From assembly GCF_006345805.1 (NCBI RefSeq), contig NC_042998.1:72292001-72356000 (forward strand): a DNA stretch of 64,000 bases, given 5' to 3'. Positions 13,387 through 27,204 of the stretch are shown in pieces. The stretch is from Octopus sinensis. Lineage: Eukaryota. Positions within the stretch are counted from its first letter, which is position 1; every line of letters starts with the position of its first letter. The notes beneath the pieces were generated by a model that did no database searches, was not told the origin of the DNA, and was given only the letters and a program-made list of their open reading frames with translations. The position numbers and the translations under genes are program-made.

Positions 13387-14611
13387 CAGGGTTGGGGAAA
13401 ATACGGGAACACCTTAAAATTTCGAACAAATTTACCCTAATATGGGGTAGGACCACCTTTGGCAGTAATTACAGCTTTAATACTACGAGGTATGGACTCG
13501 TACAAAGTCTGAATTGTTTCCAAAGGAATTTTTGTCCATTCTTCAGCTAAAACAGTCTGCAGTCCTTGCAGTGATGATCGTTGAGGATACCGACTCCTTC
13601 ATTGTTTTTCTAAAAGTCACCATACATCTTGAGACTATTAAAATCTGGGGACTGTGGTGGCCAGATAAGATATTCAACGTCATTAGAATACTCATCATGC
13701 CATTCAGTAACAAATTTAACTGTGTCAATTGGTGTATTATCATCCTGACAGATTTCGTTTCCCTCCGGAACCGAAACAGTTCCGCAAACATAGGATGAAT
13801 TTGATCGGATAAAATGCTTAAATAAACTTGACTATTAATTCTGCCATGAAGAGAAACCATTAGGCCGGCGGATTTCCAAGATATAGCCCCCTATATCATC
13901 ACAGATTCAGCACCATGTTTATCAGTTGGAAGAAGGCAGTCTGGACCAACTGTTTCTTTTGGCTGTCTACTCACGTATACTCGGCTGGAGATCGGAAATA
14001 AGATAAAGATGACGCGCCGAGGAAATAACATTCTTCCACTGTACTAGGAACCAATTCTGTGGGTTTTTATCCCACTCGAAACGCTTTGCAACATTTGTTT
14101 TTGGAAGTAGAGATTTTCTGAATACAGCCCTCATTTGAAATCCGGTTTTGTGTAGCTCCTGGCGAACAGTTTTTTTTGTGAAAACTGGATTCTGAAGATG
14201 GTCATGAATCTCTGCAGTAATTTTGGAAGCTGTACCTATGTGATCCTTTCGAACAAGTCGCATAAGTGTCCGATAATTTCTATCTGAAAGGTTTGGTTTT
14301 CTTCCGGAGTTTTGTTTCGGCGAGAAGGTTTTTCCGTCTTTCTCAAAGGCTGTCATTACTTTCGAGACTGTACTTCTTGATACACCAAGCATTTCGGCTG
14401 TTTTCGTTACGCTAGCGCCTCTCATACGAGCACCAACAATTTGACCTCTTTGAATGTTCGATACATTTGTCATTTTAAGAAATTTTAATTACCATTTTCT
14501 GATGATATCTGTACAGTAATAGCAAATATACAGACTTTTGACGATTATATGCATATCTGAAAATTATGATGTGATGATGCTTGGTGTTTCCATTATTTTG
14601 TCCAACCCCCG
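13387..14611 (-). mobile_element. Tc1-family DNA transposon, full length, defective transposase
   Basis: TA-flanked TIRs cagggttggggaaaatacgggaacacc / ggtgtttccattattttgtccaacccccg; ORF 13967-14473 has paired-like HTH (QRGQIVGAR..GASVTKTAEMLGVSRSTVSKV) and SGRKP; WPPQSPD motif near 13660; frameshifted. Confidence 0.9.
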
Positions 14612-14614
14612 TAT

Positions 14615-14830
14615 CTCCCCCTACCTGGAACTCTACTTTGCACTGCATAACGAAGACATAACACGATGTAGGTAAAGACATTTGAGAAATTTGAAAAGTT
14701 AACACGAAACCGGTAATTTCTTCAAAAACTATGTTACTGTATGAACAATTTTGTAACATTCTTCTAACATAACGACTTAAATATATTATTTAACCTTATA
14801 AAACAAGCCTTCTGTAGTTTTTTCGCTCTT
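14615..14830 (+). mobile_element. Penelope-like 3' non-coding fragment
   Basis: Homologous to the sequence following the GIY-YIG ORF at 47782-47960 and to 50843-50935 (aagccttctgtagttttt...ctattttctatatat). Confidence 0.6.
14685..14721 (+). ncRNA. Minimal type I hammerhead, U3-A8 variant core
   Basis: Stem I AGAAAU/AUUUCU (6 bp), UUGAAAA, stem II GU-uaac-AC, GAAA, palindromic CCGG, GUA triplet (cut after 14715). Confidence 0.65.
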
Positions 14831-15443
14831 TTCTATTTTCTATATATATATTTGTTTTGCAATATTCTTGATGTGATATCATGTGTTGAAACAGATATTG
14901 TTGTATTTATGAATGGTCATGTTGCCAGTTTAGCTAATAAAAATACACGCACTATATATTGGTGTCAATTTGCTTCAGCTTTATTTATTTTTTACATTAA
15001 TCTTAATCTTATTTCGGCCAGGGTTCTTTCGTCACCCTTCTGTGACCTCATCAGTGGTCCTTTGCTTTCTTCCTTCTTATTTGTGTGTCCTCCTTACTAA
15101 TGATCAGCCATTTTGTATTTGGTATACCTATTATATGTGTCTTTCTTTGCGCATGCGTATACCCCTATGTGTCTCTACGTTTAGTTAGTACACGCGTGTG
15201 TGTGTGTGTGGAAAGTGCCTGTATTATGAGTATCACCTGTTGATACACGTTCGTGTAATTTGTTTTGGTTTATTTTGTTCATGTGTTATACCTAATAATA
15301 ATAATAAGTCGTCAAGAGATCCCATGTTAACTCACGGGCGATGTTCAGTTTTATTGGTTAGAGGAATGTCCTTGATCGACAGATACATACATACAATTAT
15401 ATGTATGTACTATGTATGTACATACCTATATGTATAGGTTTGT

Positions 15444-15526
<83 letters not shown>

Positions 15527-15711
15527 ATCAATATAGGGTGCCAAAAAAAATTTTGTAGAATTTTTTTGCCACCAGCGGTGCATCGTATAAGAAATTACAG
15601 GGTAAATGTTTTTTAAATTTTCTCCTGTTTACGGATTGACTTTTATTTGCGGTTGAAGCTTTGGCTGTATTTCTAGTGGGTGAATGGCCTATTATGGCCG
15701 TTCCTTGATGT

Positions 15712-15765
<54 letters not shown>

Positions 15766-15767
<2 letters not shown>

Positions 15768-16367
15768 ATAAAGGGTAAAATTAATTAATCAATTAATAAC
15801 TAATAATTTTAGCAAGTAGTTGGGTATGTTAAAAGAACAATTATCGGTAAACCTATACAAAAATTTAATAAATATGAGCATAATTATAATTAGAGTTCAG
15901 CAAAATTTACTTCACCACATACTGAAATTTAGAAATAGCAGTTAAAATACTATTCTACGACCATAAAATATCTCCCAGACTGCAATACTGAACAAGCCAC
16001 GCAGGTAAAGAGAAAAATATAACGGATCCACCCGGCTTTGAGTAACTGTATATGCGTTTCGGGGTTAGAGAGATGTAAAAAATGTAAAATCATATTTCTA
16101 CTGATATTTCTACTCATATTTCTTCGTCAGTACAGTATTTCAAATTTTAAATTTGAGAGCACTGATGATTAACATACGTATTGAAGCCAGTGCTATCAAA
16201 TAGCATATAGCCAAAGACCAGTACTTCCGAATTCAAACAGACGAATGAAATCTCGTATTCGTCCTAAATCACCCACGTGTGCCAAGTAAATTCCTCGGAA
16301 ACTGTAGTTTACTATCAGGGAGAGAATGATATTATCAATAATAATAAAGGGTAAAATTAATTAATCA
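15766..16367 (+). mobile_element. 576-nt terminally redundant unit next to (TA)n, with hammerhead relic
   Basis: taataaagggtaaaattaattaatca at 15766 and 16342; relic atttgagagca-CTGATGA...GAAG..tgctatcaaat at 16151-16201. Confidence 0.45.
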
Positions 16368-16389
16368 GTTGAGAGGGGGATGTGTTTTC

Positions 16390-19155
16390 AAGTTTAATGT
16401 GGGTTAACATGAAGTGGGAATGAAAGATGTGGGTGTTTTTAGTATATATGGTCCAGGGCGTGAAAGGAGTGAGGAAAAAGCAGAGGAGTTCTGGAAGGAA
16501 CTGACAGAGTGTGTGGATAGATGGGGAAAAGTGGCTGTGGTGGTGTTCAGTAATTTTAATGCGCGAGTGGGAAATGAGGAAGTAGAGAATGTAGTAGGTA
16601 AATACGGTATTCCTCGTCGAAATGAGAGAGCGATTGTTAGCAATGTGTATGGCGCAGGAGTTTGTGGTGGGGAATAGTGTTTTAAAAATGTGAGAAAAGC
16701 AATATTACATGGTGGCTGCTGGAGTGAGGAACAGTAGTAGATAGGGCGATGAAGGATTATGTATTAATTGATATCAGAGTGGTAGGAAGGTTGGTGGATA
16801 TTCATGGGATGGTAGGTGCCAGATCACTTCTTAGTACAAGCTGAAGGTATGCTCAATATGCAATGCTAGACGAGTAACAGGGAGGAGAGAGGTTGTGAAG
16901 GTGAGTGAACTGGATAGGAGAGAGAAGCAGGACTATGTAGAGAAATTGAGAAGTGAATATGAACAGGTTAAGAAAAGGGAGGTAGGAGATGCGGAGGAGA
17001 AGTGTGAGGCCTCTAGAGAGATAGTAATGCGATGTGCCTCTGAGGTATGTGGTACACGATTAGTTGGAATGCGTAAGAGGAATGGTGTTGAATGGTGGAA
17101 TGGGCAGTTAAGGGATCGATGGCAAAGAAGAAAAAGTTCTTGGGAGAGTGGTTGCAGAATAGGAATGGAGAGGCTTATGATCGTTACAGAAATGTAAAGA
17201 GGAGACTGAAGGGAGTATCAAGGATAGCAAAATGGAAGGCAGCTGAAAGGTTCGGGAAATAGTATCGTGAACATTTTGTAAGGAATAAAAAGTTGTTTTG
17301 GAAAGAATTACAGAGGGTAGGGGAGGTGGTTGGAGGAAGGGAAGAAAGGGTGAAGGATGTAAATGGAAATTGTTGTAAGGAAGTAAGGATGTACAAAGGT
17401 GATCGGTAGAATATTTTAGAGAGCTGTTAAATTTGGAGGATAATAGGGAGGCAAGTATAAGTATAATGGCTATAGGGAGAGAAAGAAGAATGCCTGTTGT
17501 TGAGGAATGGAGTAATTGTACAATTGGAAGGGAGGTGAGGGAATAGTGGCGGAAGATGGTAAACCGGCAGGCGCCAGGTATAGATGGGTGTACAGATGAA
17601 TGTCTAAAGAATGGAGGAGTGATACTGATTGAATGGTTAGGGAGGCTTATGAATGTTTGTTATATGGCTAGAAGAGTATCAAAAGACTGGTGCAGTGCGT
17701 GTACAGTGCCACTGTACCAGGGGAAAGGGAATAAATATGAGTGTGGGCATTTTAGGAGTATAAGTCTGTGTGCGGTTGGTTAAACAGCATGGGGAATTCT
17801 GATTGTAGGGGTAAGGAACCAGGCAGAAAATGTACTAGGGGAGAAGCAGTGCAGTTTTAGGAGTGGTAGGAGGTGTGTAGATGAGATATTTGTCGTAAGG
17901 CGTGTGTGCGAAGCTGTTTACCAAAGGGAGGGATGTATATTGGGCCTTTATGTGGTTAGGGACGCAATGTGGCAGGTGTTTCGGTTGTATGGAGTAGATA
18001 ATTTATTTTTGAGAGCTGTACAAAGTTTCAATAGAGGAAGTAAGGTATGCGATAGGTTGGGTGGTTGAGTAAGTGAATGATTTGGTGTGATGGTGGTGTT
18101 AAGACAGGGTTATATGATGTCACCGTGGCTGTTTAATCTATATATTGATGGTGTGGTGAGAGAAGTGAATGCTAGAACCTTTAGTAGGGGAGCCGAAATG
18201 GTGGGAAGAAATGGTGAGAAGTGGCGGGTGATGATACAGCGCTGGTGGCGGATTCGAAAGAGCGACTGAAAAGATTGCTGGTAGCGTTTGGAAGAATGAG
18301 TGAAAGGAGGAAACTGAAAGTGAATGGAGCTAAGAATGTAGATTAGATGTTCGAGAGATAGAATAGCTTGTAGGATAAATGTGAGTATAAATGGTGAGAT
18401 GTTAGATGAGTGAATGTTTTTAGGTATCTAGGATCACATGTTATGGCGGATGGGGGTGGATGGGTGGTTAAGTGAGGGAGGGGAGTGAGATGCTTGGAAA
18501 CGTGAAAGATTTGCTGAGAGATTAAAGGTTGAGCATGGAAGCGAAAAAGTATGTATAAGGGTGTGATTGTGCCGATAATATTGTATGGTGCAGAGACATG
18601 GGGTTTGAAAGAGGCGGAAAGGAGGCGACCAGATGTGTTTGAGATGAAATCTTTGAGTGCTATGTTTGGTGTGACACGGATGGACAGGACAAGGAATGAA
18701 GAAGTGCGAAGGTGACCAGGAATAATAGAAAATCTTTGTACCAGAATGGAGAGATGAATGTTGATGTGGTTTGGCCAGATAGAGAGGAGGGTAGAGGATG
18801 GGACGGTAAGGAGGGTGATGATGGTGGAAGTGGTAGACAGCAGAACTAGAGGCAGACCTCGGTCTGTGTGGTGGAATGCGTTGGTGGTTAGAGGTGTTGG
18901 AGTGAGATAGGCAATAGACTTTATTAATGATGGGAAAGCTTGGAGAGTATTTGTGAACAGATGAATGAGTTGATGTTGCTCGAAGGAGTACGGAATCAGC
19001 GTCATGCGGCAGGGTAAACCAGCATATCGGGGCTTGCTTTTTATGCGTTTACTCGATCATAGAACGGGGCTCGGAGATGAATGGAATACCTGGTGTGTGT
19101 TTTGTTGTGGCGAGCTCCTCCTATGGGGAGTAGGCCTTGGTAAATAAAAAAAAAT
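16390..19155 (+). mobile_element. RTE-clade LINE, 5'-truncated, degenerate
   Basis: APE fragment (FNARVGNEEVENVVGKYG), RT fragments (APGIDG...W..A..VPLYQGKG; LRQG.MMSPWLFNLYIDGVVRE), A-rich tail ~19141-19154. Confidence 0.85.
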
Positions 19156-20826
19156 GTAATATTTATAAAATATTTGTTGAGGCTGCTGTTACGCAATCAC
19201 GCGCATATCATTCATGTTCTTTCACATTTACGCGTGCATGGTGGAAATCTGTCTGATTTTGGAACTGCAATTTAACTTATATTATATACGGAGTTTTGTT
19301 CAGAGTAAAAGTTCAATTTGCACTTAAACTTTAGGAAATAAATTAGGTGTTATAATAAAATACTCATGATAATAATGAAGCGCATTCATTTCCTTCAACA
19401 ATGCATACTTCGTATATGATACTTTGTCCGAGTAACAACCAATATAACGCAAAAACTTAAATGTTTGTTCTGGCACAATTCTTTCGAATTTAATATGTGT
19501 AATCAGATGTATACAATTAATTATTCTTCCTCTGATAGGCATCAGCTATTGCACACTTCTTGTGCTTGAAAAAAACTTCGCAAGTTAACTTTATTACTTA
19601 TTGCATAGTTCTCATTAAATACGAACTACAAATGTGATATAAGCAAAACGAGTGATAACTAAATATGGCTAGGTAGGAATATCCTCTGTCTCTCTCTCTC
19701 TGTCTCTCTCACTCTCTCTCTCTCTCTATCTTACGCCCCCACACCACCACACCTCCACCACCACATATACACACCCGCACACACAAGGGTTTACACCTTA
19801 GTGATTCGATGAATGAAATTGCAGATATTTTACAATTAAATGTCTTTTTTCTTTAAAGTAAGGTGCGAGTGGCTGTGTATTTCACAGACTTGCGTACTGT
19901 TAATGCTGTTCTGCGGTAGAAACTGGGGGGTACTAGGTGAGAATGATGGACGTGTTTAGAATTAAAAAGGACAGTTCAACTGACGAGACTTAATTTCAAT
20001 TTACTGAAATTTATCCCCAGTAACTGTGTTGCGTGATGGGTAAATACATACATATACATACATACATACATACATACATACATACATACATACATACATA
20101 CATACATACATACATACATACATACATACATACATACGTTCGTACATGCAAACCTACATACATACGTACTCCATCTAGTGAGAGATAAATATCGTTTGAT
20201 ATACTCAGTATAAATATACGAGCTACTAATAATGTCTTGCTTGGAAACACTGGTCTAAACAAGATTTTATAATATGTCTTGTGTCTCCATGCAATTTTTC
20301 AGGTTCTGAGTACATGGCCTATTCAGTTTGTAAATCAGTACGCTGGTACAAGAGAAACCAGCAAGAAAAACGAGGAGGTAGTTGCAAATTGTAGAGGGTT
20401 GAAAAAAAAATGAAACAAAAAAAAAGAAAAAGGTGATATAACTTATAGTTATATCTCCTTTGACCGTAAAGCTATAATTAAGCTAGCTGTTGTAGTATAA
20501 TGCAACAGAGTGGGATCCAATGTCTGCCCGACATCTGCTCACCCCGAAGTGTATAGTGTACACAGGTATGTCAAAACAAAATTGTCTCTATATTTGCTAA
20601 AAATTTCGGATCTAGAATTAGGTAGTGCAGTGGAATTCGTAGATCAAAAAATATGCGATCTTTCAGTTATGCATAAGCTACATTTCTTCGATTCATTAAC
20701 ATATGGCATGCATTTCTCTACGAGTCTCCACTTGATTGCATGTAGTGTGGAGTTGGTAAATATATAGCATAACGTCATTTGACGTTATGCATGATATTTA
20801 CATATATATAGTCATCTATATGTGCC

Positions 20827-20862
<36 letters not shown>

Positions 20863-20989
20863 ATATAATCAACTATGTGTGCCTATATACATAGATGCAT
20901 ACATGAACCTACACTTTTTGACTATCTATCTTCTTTTATATTTTCTAGATAATGCGTAAAAAAATTAGAGGAAGAAACAGGGGAAGAAT

Positions 20990-21170
20990 CAGAAAATAAT
21001 CTACAATCAACATGAATATGTATGGCCACACACATTTTTGGCAACAAATCAGGCAATTAGTAACTTTTTTGTTAACCATCTACCATGCAACTCCGATCTT
21101 GCTCCCTGCGAATATCACCTGTTTAGTGAAATGAACACTTATCTTTGTGGACAACGATCGATATAGATTG
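20990..21170 (+). mobile_element. Mariner transposase C-terminal fragment
   Basis: catctaccatgcaactccgatcttgctccctgcgaatatcacctgttt resembles HPPYSPDLAPCDYHLF. Confidence 0.55.
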
Positions 21171-21324
21171 GGTAATAGAACTTGCGAAAAATGGGGCTCT
21201 ATTGAACAAGGCGCAAACAATGCATCACTTGTGATGCCGTGATAATTATGTTCTCGATATTACAGGATTTAGATTCGAATCCCATTGAAAATATTTGTGA
21301 ACATATTCTGGACAAATCTAATAT

Positions 21325-21540
21325 TGTGGTGGCGCGTTGCTTCGTGGTAAGAGTGTTGGACTTAAGATTGCTGTTTAGATTCCTGGATCGGGCGACGCGT
21401 TGTGTTCTTGAGCAAAACATTTCCAGGTCACTCAGCAGGTGAAAATGGCTAATCTTGCGACGAATCGGCGTTCCGTCCAGGTAGGAAATGTATACGCTAG
21501 GAAACCAGGAAACTGGCCCTTATGCTTTGACAGGACTCGA
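21325..21540 (+). mobile_element. tRNA-type SINE (family C); related copy at 44488-44700
   Basis: ggcgcgttgcttcgtggtaagagtgttggac...gttgtgttcttgagcaaaacattt. Confidence 0.55.
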
Positions 21541-22518
21541 AAAAGTTGCCTTTAATTTTTCTGTTCTCAAAAGAACATATAGGGTTACTTCAAGAAAATG
21601 AATGTGCACTTTCAGTATGTCCTTATGGATATATAACTTTTACATATATACAAATAGTCATATCAAGAATTGTAGAAAAAGTTAGCTTGATCTTCTATAT
21701 ATTATAATCTACGAATTCTATGTCATTCCATTTATCATATTGCGAGTGTATCACCTTTGTATCCTTACTGAAATACTGTATTGGCGAACTGACATATCAC
21801 GTAGCCTAGTTAGTTATTTCTCTTCTATATTCATAAATAATTCTTCCTTAAACAATTGTGCTTTGCAATAGAATATAAAGTTAAAACCATATTATATAAC
21901 ATTTTCAATTAATATTACCTGTCTTAAATTATAGCAACAGCTGGTTAAAAGGAGAAATGAGAAATGCCTTGAAGTAAATATCATTACATATCCAGATTGG
22001 AAATGTATCAGAGTTATATATTTAAACATCATTTATTCATTTAAATAGGTAGCAAGCTTTAATATATATATATGTGCAGCACAATCGTAAATGTAATACG
22101 AATCTACCGAATTCGGCAAAGGGTACAGTATTATTGAAATGCGGCATGCGGCAATACAGTTAAACACAATATATATTCAAACTATCGTTTACTATAGTGG
22201 TGTTATATAGTGTGGTTCTAATACACTTTGACCTTCATTGAAACTGAAGTTTTCACACGGGAAAAATCCATGTATAGTCGTACTTCTCACAGAAACTCAT
22301 TATTAAAACAATACCGAATGAATTAATAGTTATAGAATATAAAAAAGTTCAACTTGTATATGTAAACAGTTACTTTAGAAATTGTGTATTTCGCTGCTTA
22401 TTCGGAAGCTTTCTATAGATACTGGGCCATCACATCTTCTATTCTGACAACGCGGATTTTGGATTATAGATATGCATACATATATACATGCGTTATATAC
22501 ATACATACATACATACAC

Positions 22519-23770
<1,252 letters not shown>

Positions 23771-24057
23771 CCGAACACCGGTTACGTGGTAGAAAGAGAG
23801 ATGGGTGGGGAGCAGCGAGATTGAAGAATTATAAAAGAATCAGAGACAAAGAAAAATTTACATGGGAGATAAACGAGTAATAAATAGTGGGAGATAAAGG
23901 AGGGGGTAAAGAAATGTGAGAGTGGAGGAGTGAAAAAAGGAAGGAAAAGGAGAGGGTAAAAAGATAGAGTAAAAGTCATAGAAAATTTGGATATATACCT
24001 AATATAAGGTGAACACAAGAGTGTAGGTACGCCGCTATAAATATATATATGTATATA

Positions 24058-25565
24058 CAATTGCGGCCAAAATGTTCAGAACGGCATTGTTTTCGTCAGA
24101 AAAGTAGATATAAGTTTTTATCAAAGTTGTTTTATATTCTATAATTTTTACAGACAATAAATACAATATTATTTGTTATAGTCTGAGATTTTAGTGTAAT
24201 TTGAGAGGATAATAAAAAGGTTATCGATGATTTAGTGATTTACTGCAAAACCCATGGCGGCCAAAATGATCAGAACGGTTGCTTTTACTCTATGTTTTAA
24301 TATATTTAACCTTTGAACTATAATGTTTTGAATTTGTTTACATGACGGTTCGTTTACTAAACATTAGTAAGAATATTTGCAGTGTACCTTGTTAATATAA
24401 TGCCACTTACTCCGTTACCAATTCGTCAGCAGATTATTAAGCTTCGAAAGAATGATAATTTAAGTGTTAACAAGTCAAAATGTGTTGTTCACGGTATTCA
24501 TAAGGTCTACGATGATTGTGGTTCGTGTGAAGCAAGAAAGTCTACAGGTAGGCCAAGAAAAACGACCAAGAGAGAAGATCATGCTATGGTAAAATTGGTT
24601 AAAACAATGAGCATTGTACTGAAGAAAACTTTATCTCGAAAAACTGTGTCTTGTCCTTTAGTTGAACATGACCTACATGCAAGAGCCCCTGCAGTGAAGC
24701 CACTTATCAGCTCCAAGAATAAAAAGTGTCGTCTTATCTTTGCAACCGAACATGTGTTGTGGTCTCAAGAAAAATGGCAAACGGTGCATTTCAGTGATGA
24801 ATCTAAGTCTTTGTTATTTGGCTCAGATGGGAAAAGGTACGTTCGTCGAAAAGCAGGTGAAAAATTGTCACCTAAATGCATTAAGACTAGTGTTAAATTC
24901 AGTGGAGGAAGTGTCATGGTTTGGGGGATGATATCTGGAGATGTTGTAGGCCCTTTTCTGCGATTACATTGAAAGGTAAATGCAGGTGTTTATAAACAAC
25001 TTGTAAAAGATCATGTCTTGCCTGTGCTGAGAAATTCAACTAAGCGACCACCCATATTCATGCAGGACAATGCCCCATGTCACAAGGCTAAGGTGGTCAT
25101 GAACTTCCTCAAGGCTGAAAAGGTTATTGTTATGGATTGGCCTGCTCAAAGCCCAGACCTCAATCCAATTGAAAATATTCTAGGAGAACGTTTGAAAGCC
25201 AGAAAACCTAAAACAACCGAGCAATTATGGAATGCCCTTCAGGAAGCATGGAATAAGATCACCCAGCAAGAAATTGAAAATTTAATTTCCCCATGCAGTC
25301 AAAAATATCAACGCTAAAGGGTTTCACACTAAATATTAAATAATTCCAGCATTCTCTGTCAGTTTTTGATTATTTTGTTATTTTTAAAAACCGTTCTGAT
25401 TATTTTGGCCACCATTGGTTTTGAAGTAAATTATCCATAACTTTTGTATTATCCACACAAATTACATCAAAATCTCAGACAATACCAAGTAATATCGTAT
25501 TTATTGTCTGTGAAAATTATAGAATATAAAACAACTTTAATAAAAACTTATATCTACTTTTCTGT
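24058..25565 (+). mobile_element. Tc1-family transposon with long IR-DR ends; right terminus truncated
   Basis: TA|caattgcggccaaaatgttcagaacgg with inner repeat ggcggccaaaatgatcagaacgg (~24256); inverted copy at ~25390-25565 lacks the outermost repeat. Confidence 0.9.
24400..25317 (+). pseudogene. Tc1 DD34E transposase with one in-frame stop and small deletions
   Basis: HFSDES, QDNAPCH, WPAQSPDLNPIE; 34 residues between the second D and E; TGA at 24970-24972, frame continues. Confidence 0.9.
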
Positions 25566-25906
25566 AGAAAAGGGGCTTCCATCATAGGAAAGCCTTGTGC
25601 TAGAAAGAGCAGTAGAAAACTCAAATCACTAATTAGGGATACATTTACTACGTTTATATATATGTATATATATATATATATATGATGCTCTTAGCTTAGT
25701 GTTTTCTTGGGGCTACCCAGATTGGAGCAGTCACAAGATTAATCAGCCGAAATTGCTAGGATGATACGGTTCTTGACTGAGGATGAAAAGCTTCGAATGA
25801 TTGTTCCTTGGTTTTTGTATCGTCTATCTGGATGTTTTGTTGTCCCTTTCCGTATCACCTAGTTGTCCGGATGTTTTGAGTTCTTGTCCCATTTGGTATT
25901 ATATAT

Positions 25907-25939
<33 letters not shown>

Positions 25940-26137
25940 GTTCGCGTGAAAAACATAATAAGGGGAAAATTTATTAATTATTCTCTTTATATATATTTAT
26001 ATATATTAAGGGCATTGCTATACATAAATGCCTAACGCTAGGAGGGATTCTTCAAGACAAAATTTCTATAATAAAAACTTTGTACCGAACGTGAGGGAAT
26101 GCAACTCTTGAAGCTAGCCTTTTAAAAACAGATTCAG

Positions 26138-26197
26138 CCGCAGATCATATGACCTCATAATTAGTGCACAAAATGCACCTCTTAATTTTCAGTGCAG
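26138..26197 (-). ncRNA. Degenerate type I hammerhead homologous to 2396-2460
   Basis: Minus strand: CUGCA-CUGAAAA-...GUGCA/UGCAC...-GAGG-UCAUAUGA-UC-UGCGG; stems retained, core mutated. Confidence 0.55.
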
Positions 26198-26403
26198 GCA
26201 TAATCAAGACCCATAAAAAGGAACCAAAAAATAAACTTACCAGAACACCAAATGTATCCACATAGTACATAAAATTGTTCACACTTATATATCAAAGTAT
26301 GAAGCGGCTTTTTCGAATTACGTCTCAGTACATGTGTTTATTCAGAATAAAATTCAGCACTGAATATATTCTGGTTAAATTTGCAATTAAAAAATAGGAT
26401 AAA

Positions 26404-26796
26404 TCTTTATATATAAAAGTGAAGTTGTGTGTCTGTCTCCTACGATCTAGATTCCTAACTGCTCCCACATTTTGCGGTGCAGTGTAACCAAAAGCGGGTA
26501 TCTTATAGTCGTGATTCATATCGAGCCCTTCTGGGTTTTAGCGCGCGCCTACGAGTCTACGATTTAAAAAAAATTACCATTCATTTTTCCCATATGTAAT
26601 GAATTGTTCTGCTATTATATAAGGGAAGTAACTCTCTAAAAATGTATTATTAAATTTCAGAACGTAAAAAGCTACAGTAACACCACCCCCCTTTGTGGTT
26701 AGCCATATTGAGATGGCTATTATACTTTAGATCTCTAAAAATGCTTATATAGTTATTTCCCTTACAAATCCGAGCAACGCCGGGCGATACTGCTAG
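26404..26796 (+). mobile_element. Non-autonomous Helitron
   Basis: A|TC 5' end, CTAG|T 3' end preceded by hairpin ccgagcaacgccggg; no TSD. Confidence 0.8.
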
Positions 26797-27168
26797 TTCT
26801 TTATAAGAATTTATCAAGTAGTTAGCGTGAAAAACCTTATAAGGAAAAAATCGATTAATTATTCACTTTAAATATATTTATTAGAGCATTACTATACATA
26901 AATATCTCAGCCCTAGGAGGGATTCTTAAAGTCAAAACTAGCACAATAAACATATTGTACCGAATGCGAGGAAATGCAACTCTCGAAGCAAACCTTTTAA
27001 AAACAGATTTAGCCGCAGATCAAAAAGGCTCGCTTCGAGAGTTGCTTTCCCTAGCGTTCGGTACAATGTGTTTATAATGGTTGTTTTGACTGTAAGAGTT
27101 CCCCCTAGCGTGGGGCATATATTTATAGTAATGCCTTTAATATGAATAAATATCAATATATATGTATG

Positions 27169-27199
<31 letters not shown>

Positions 27200-27204
<5 letters not shown>

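Larger units (their letters stand above)
25940..27155 (-). mobile_element. Diverged member of the ~485-nt hammerhead unit family; tandem, Helitron-interrupted, with terminal inversion
   Basis: gcgtgaaaaac...gggcatt.ctatacata motif at ~25945 and ~26825 (period ~482-487 after removing the 393-bp Helitron); 26860-27021 inverted at 27022-27155; homologous to 1720-2590. Confidence 0.7.

Noticed and set aside
16390-19155. Horizontal transfer of this RTE from crustaceans
   Set aside because: Based only on recalled resemblance; the copy is decayed and no comparison could be run.
19975-20020. CUGACGA...GAAA motif
   Set aside because: No consistent stems I-III.
19324-20400. Possible further GIY-YIG remnants (also ~6836-6960 and ~33750-34160)
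   Set aside because: Motif resemblance is too weak to support without a profile search.
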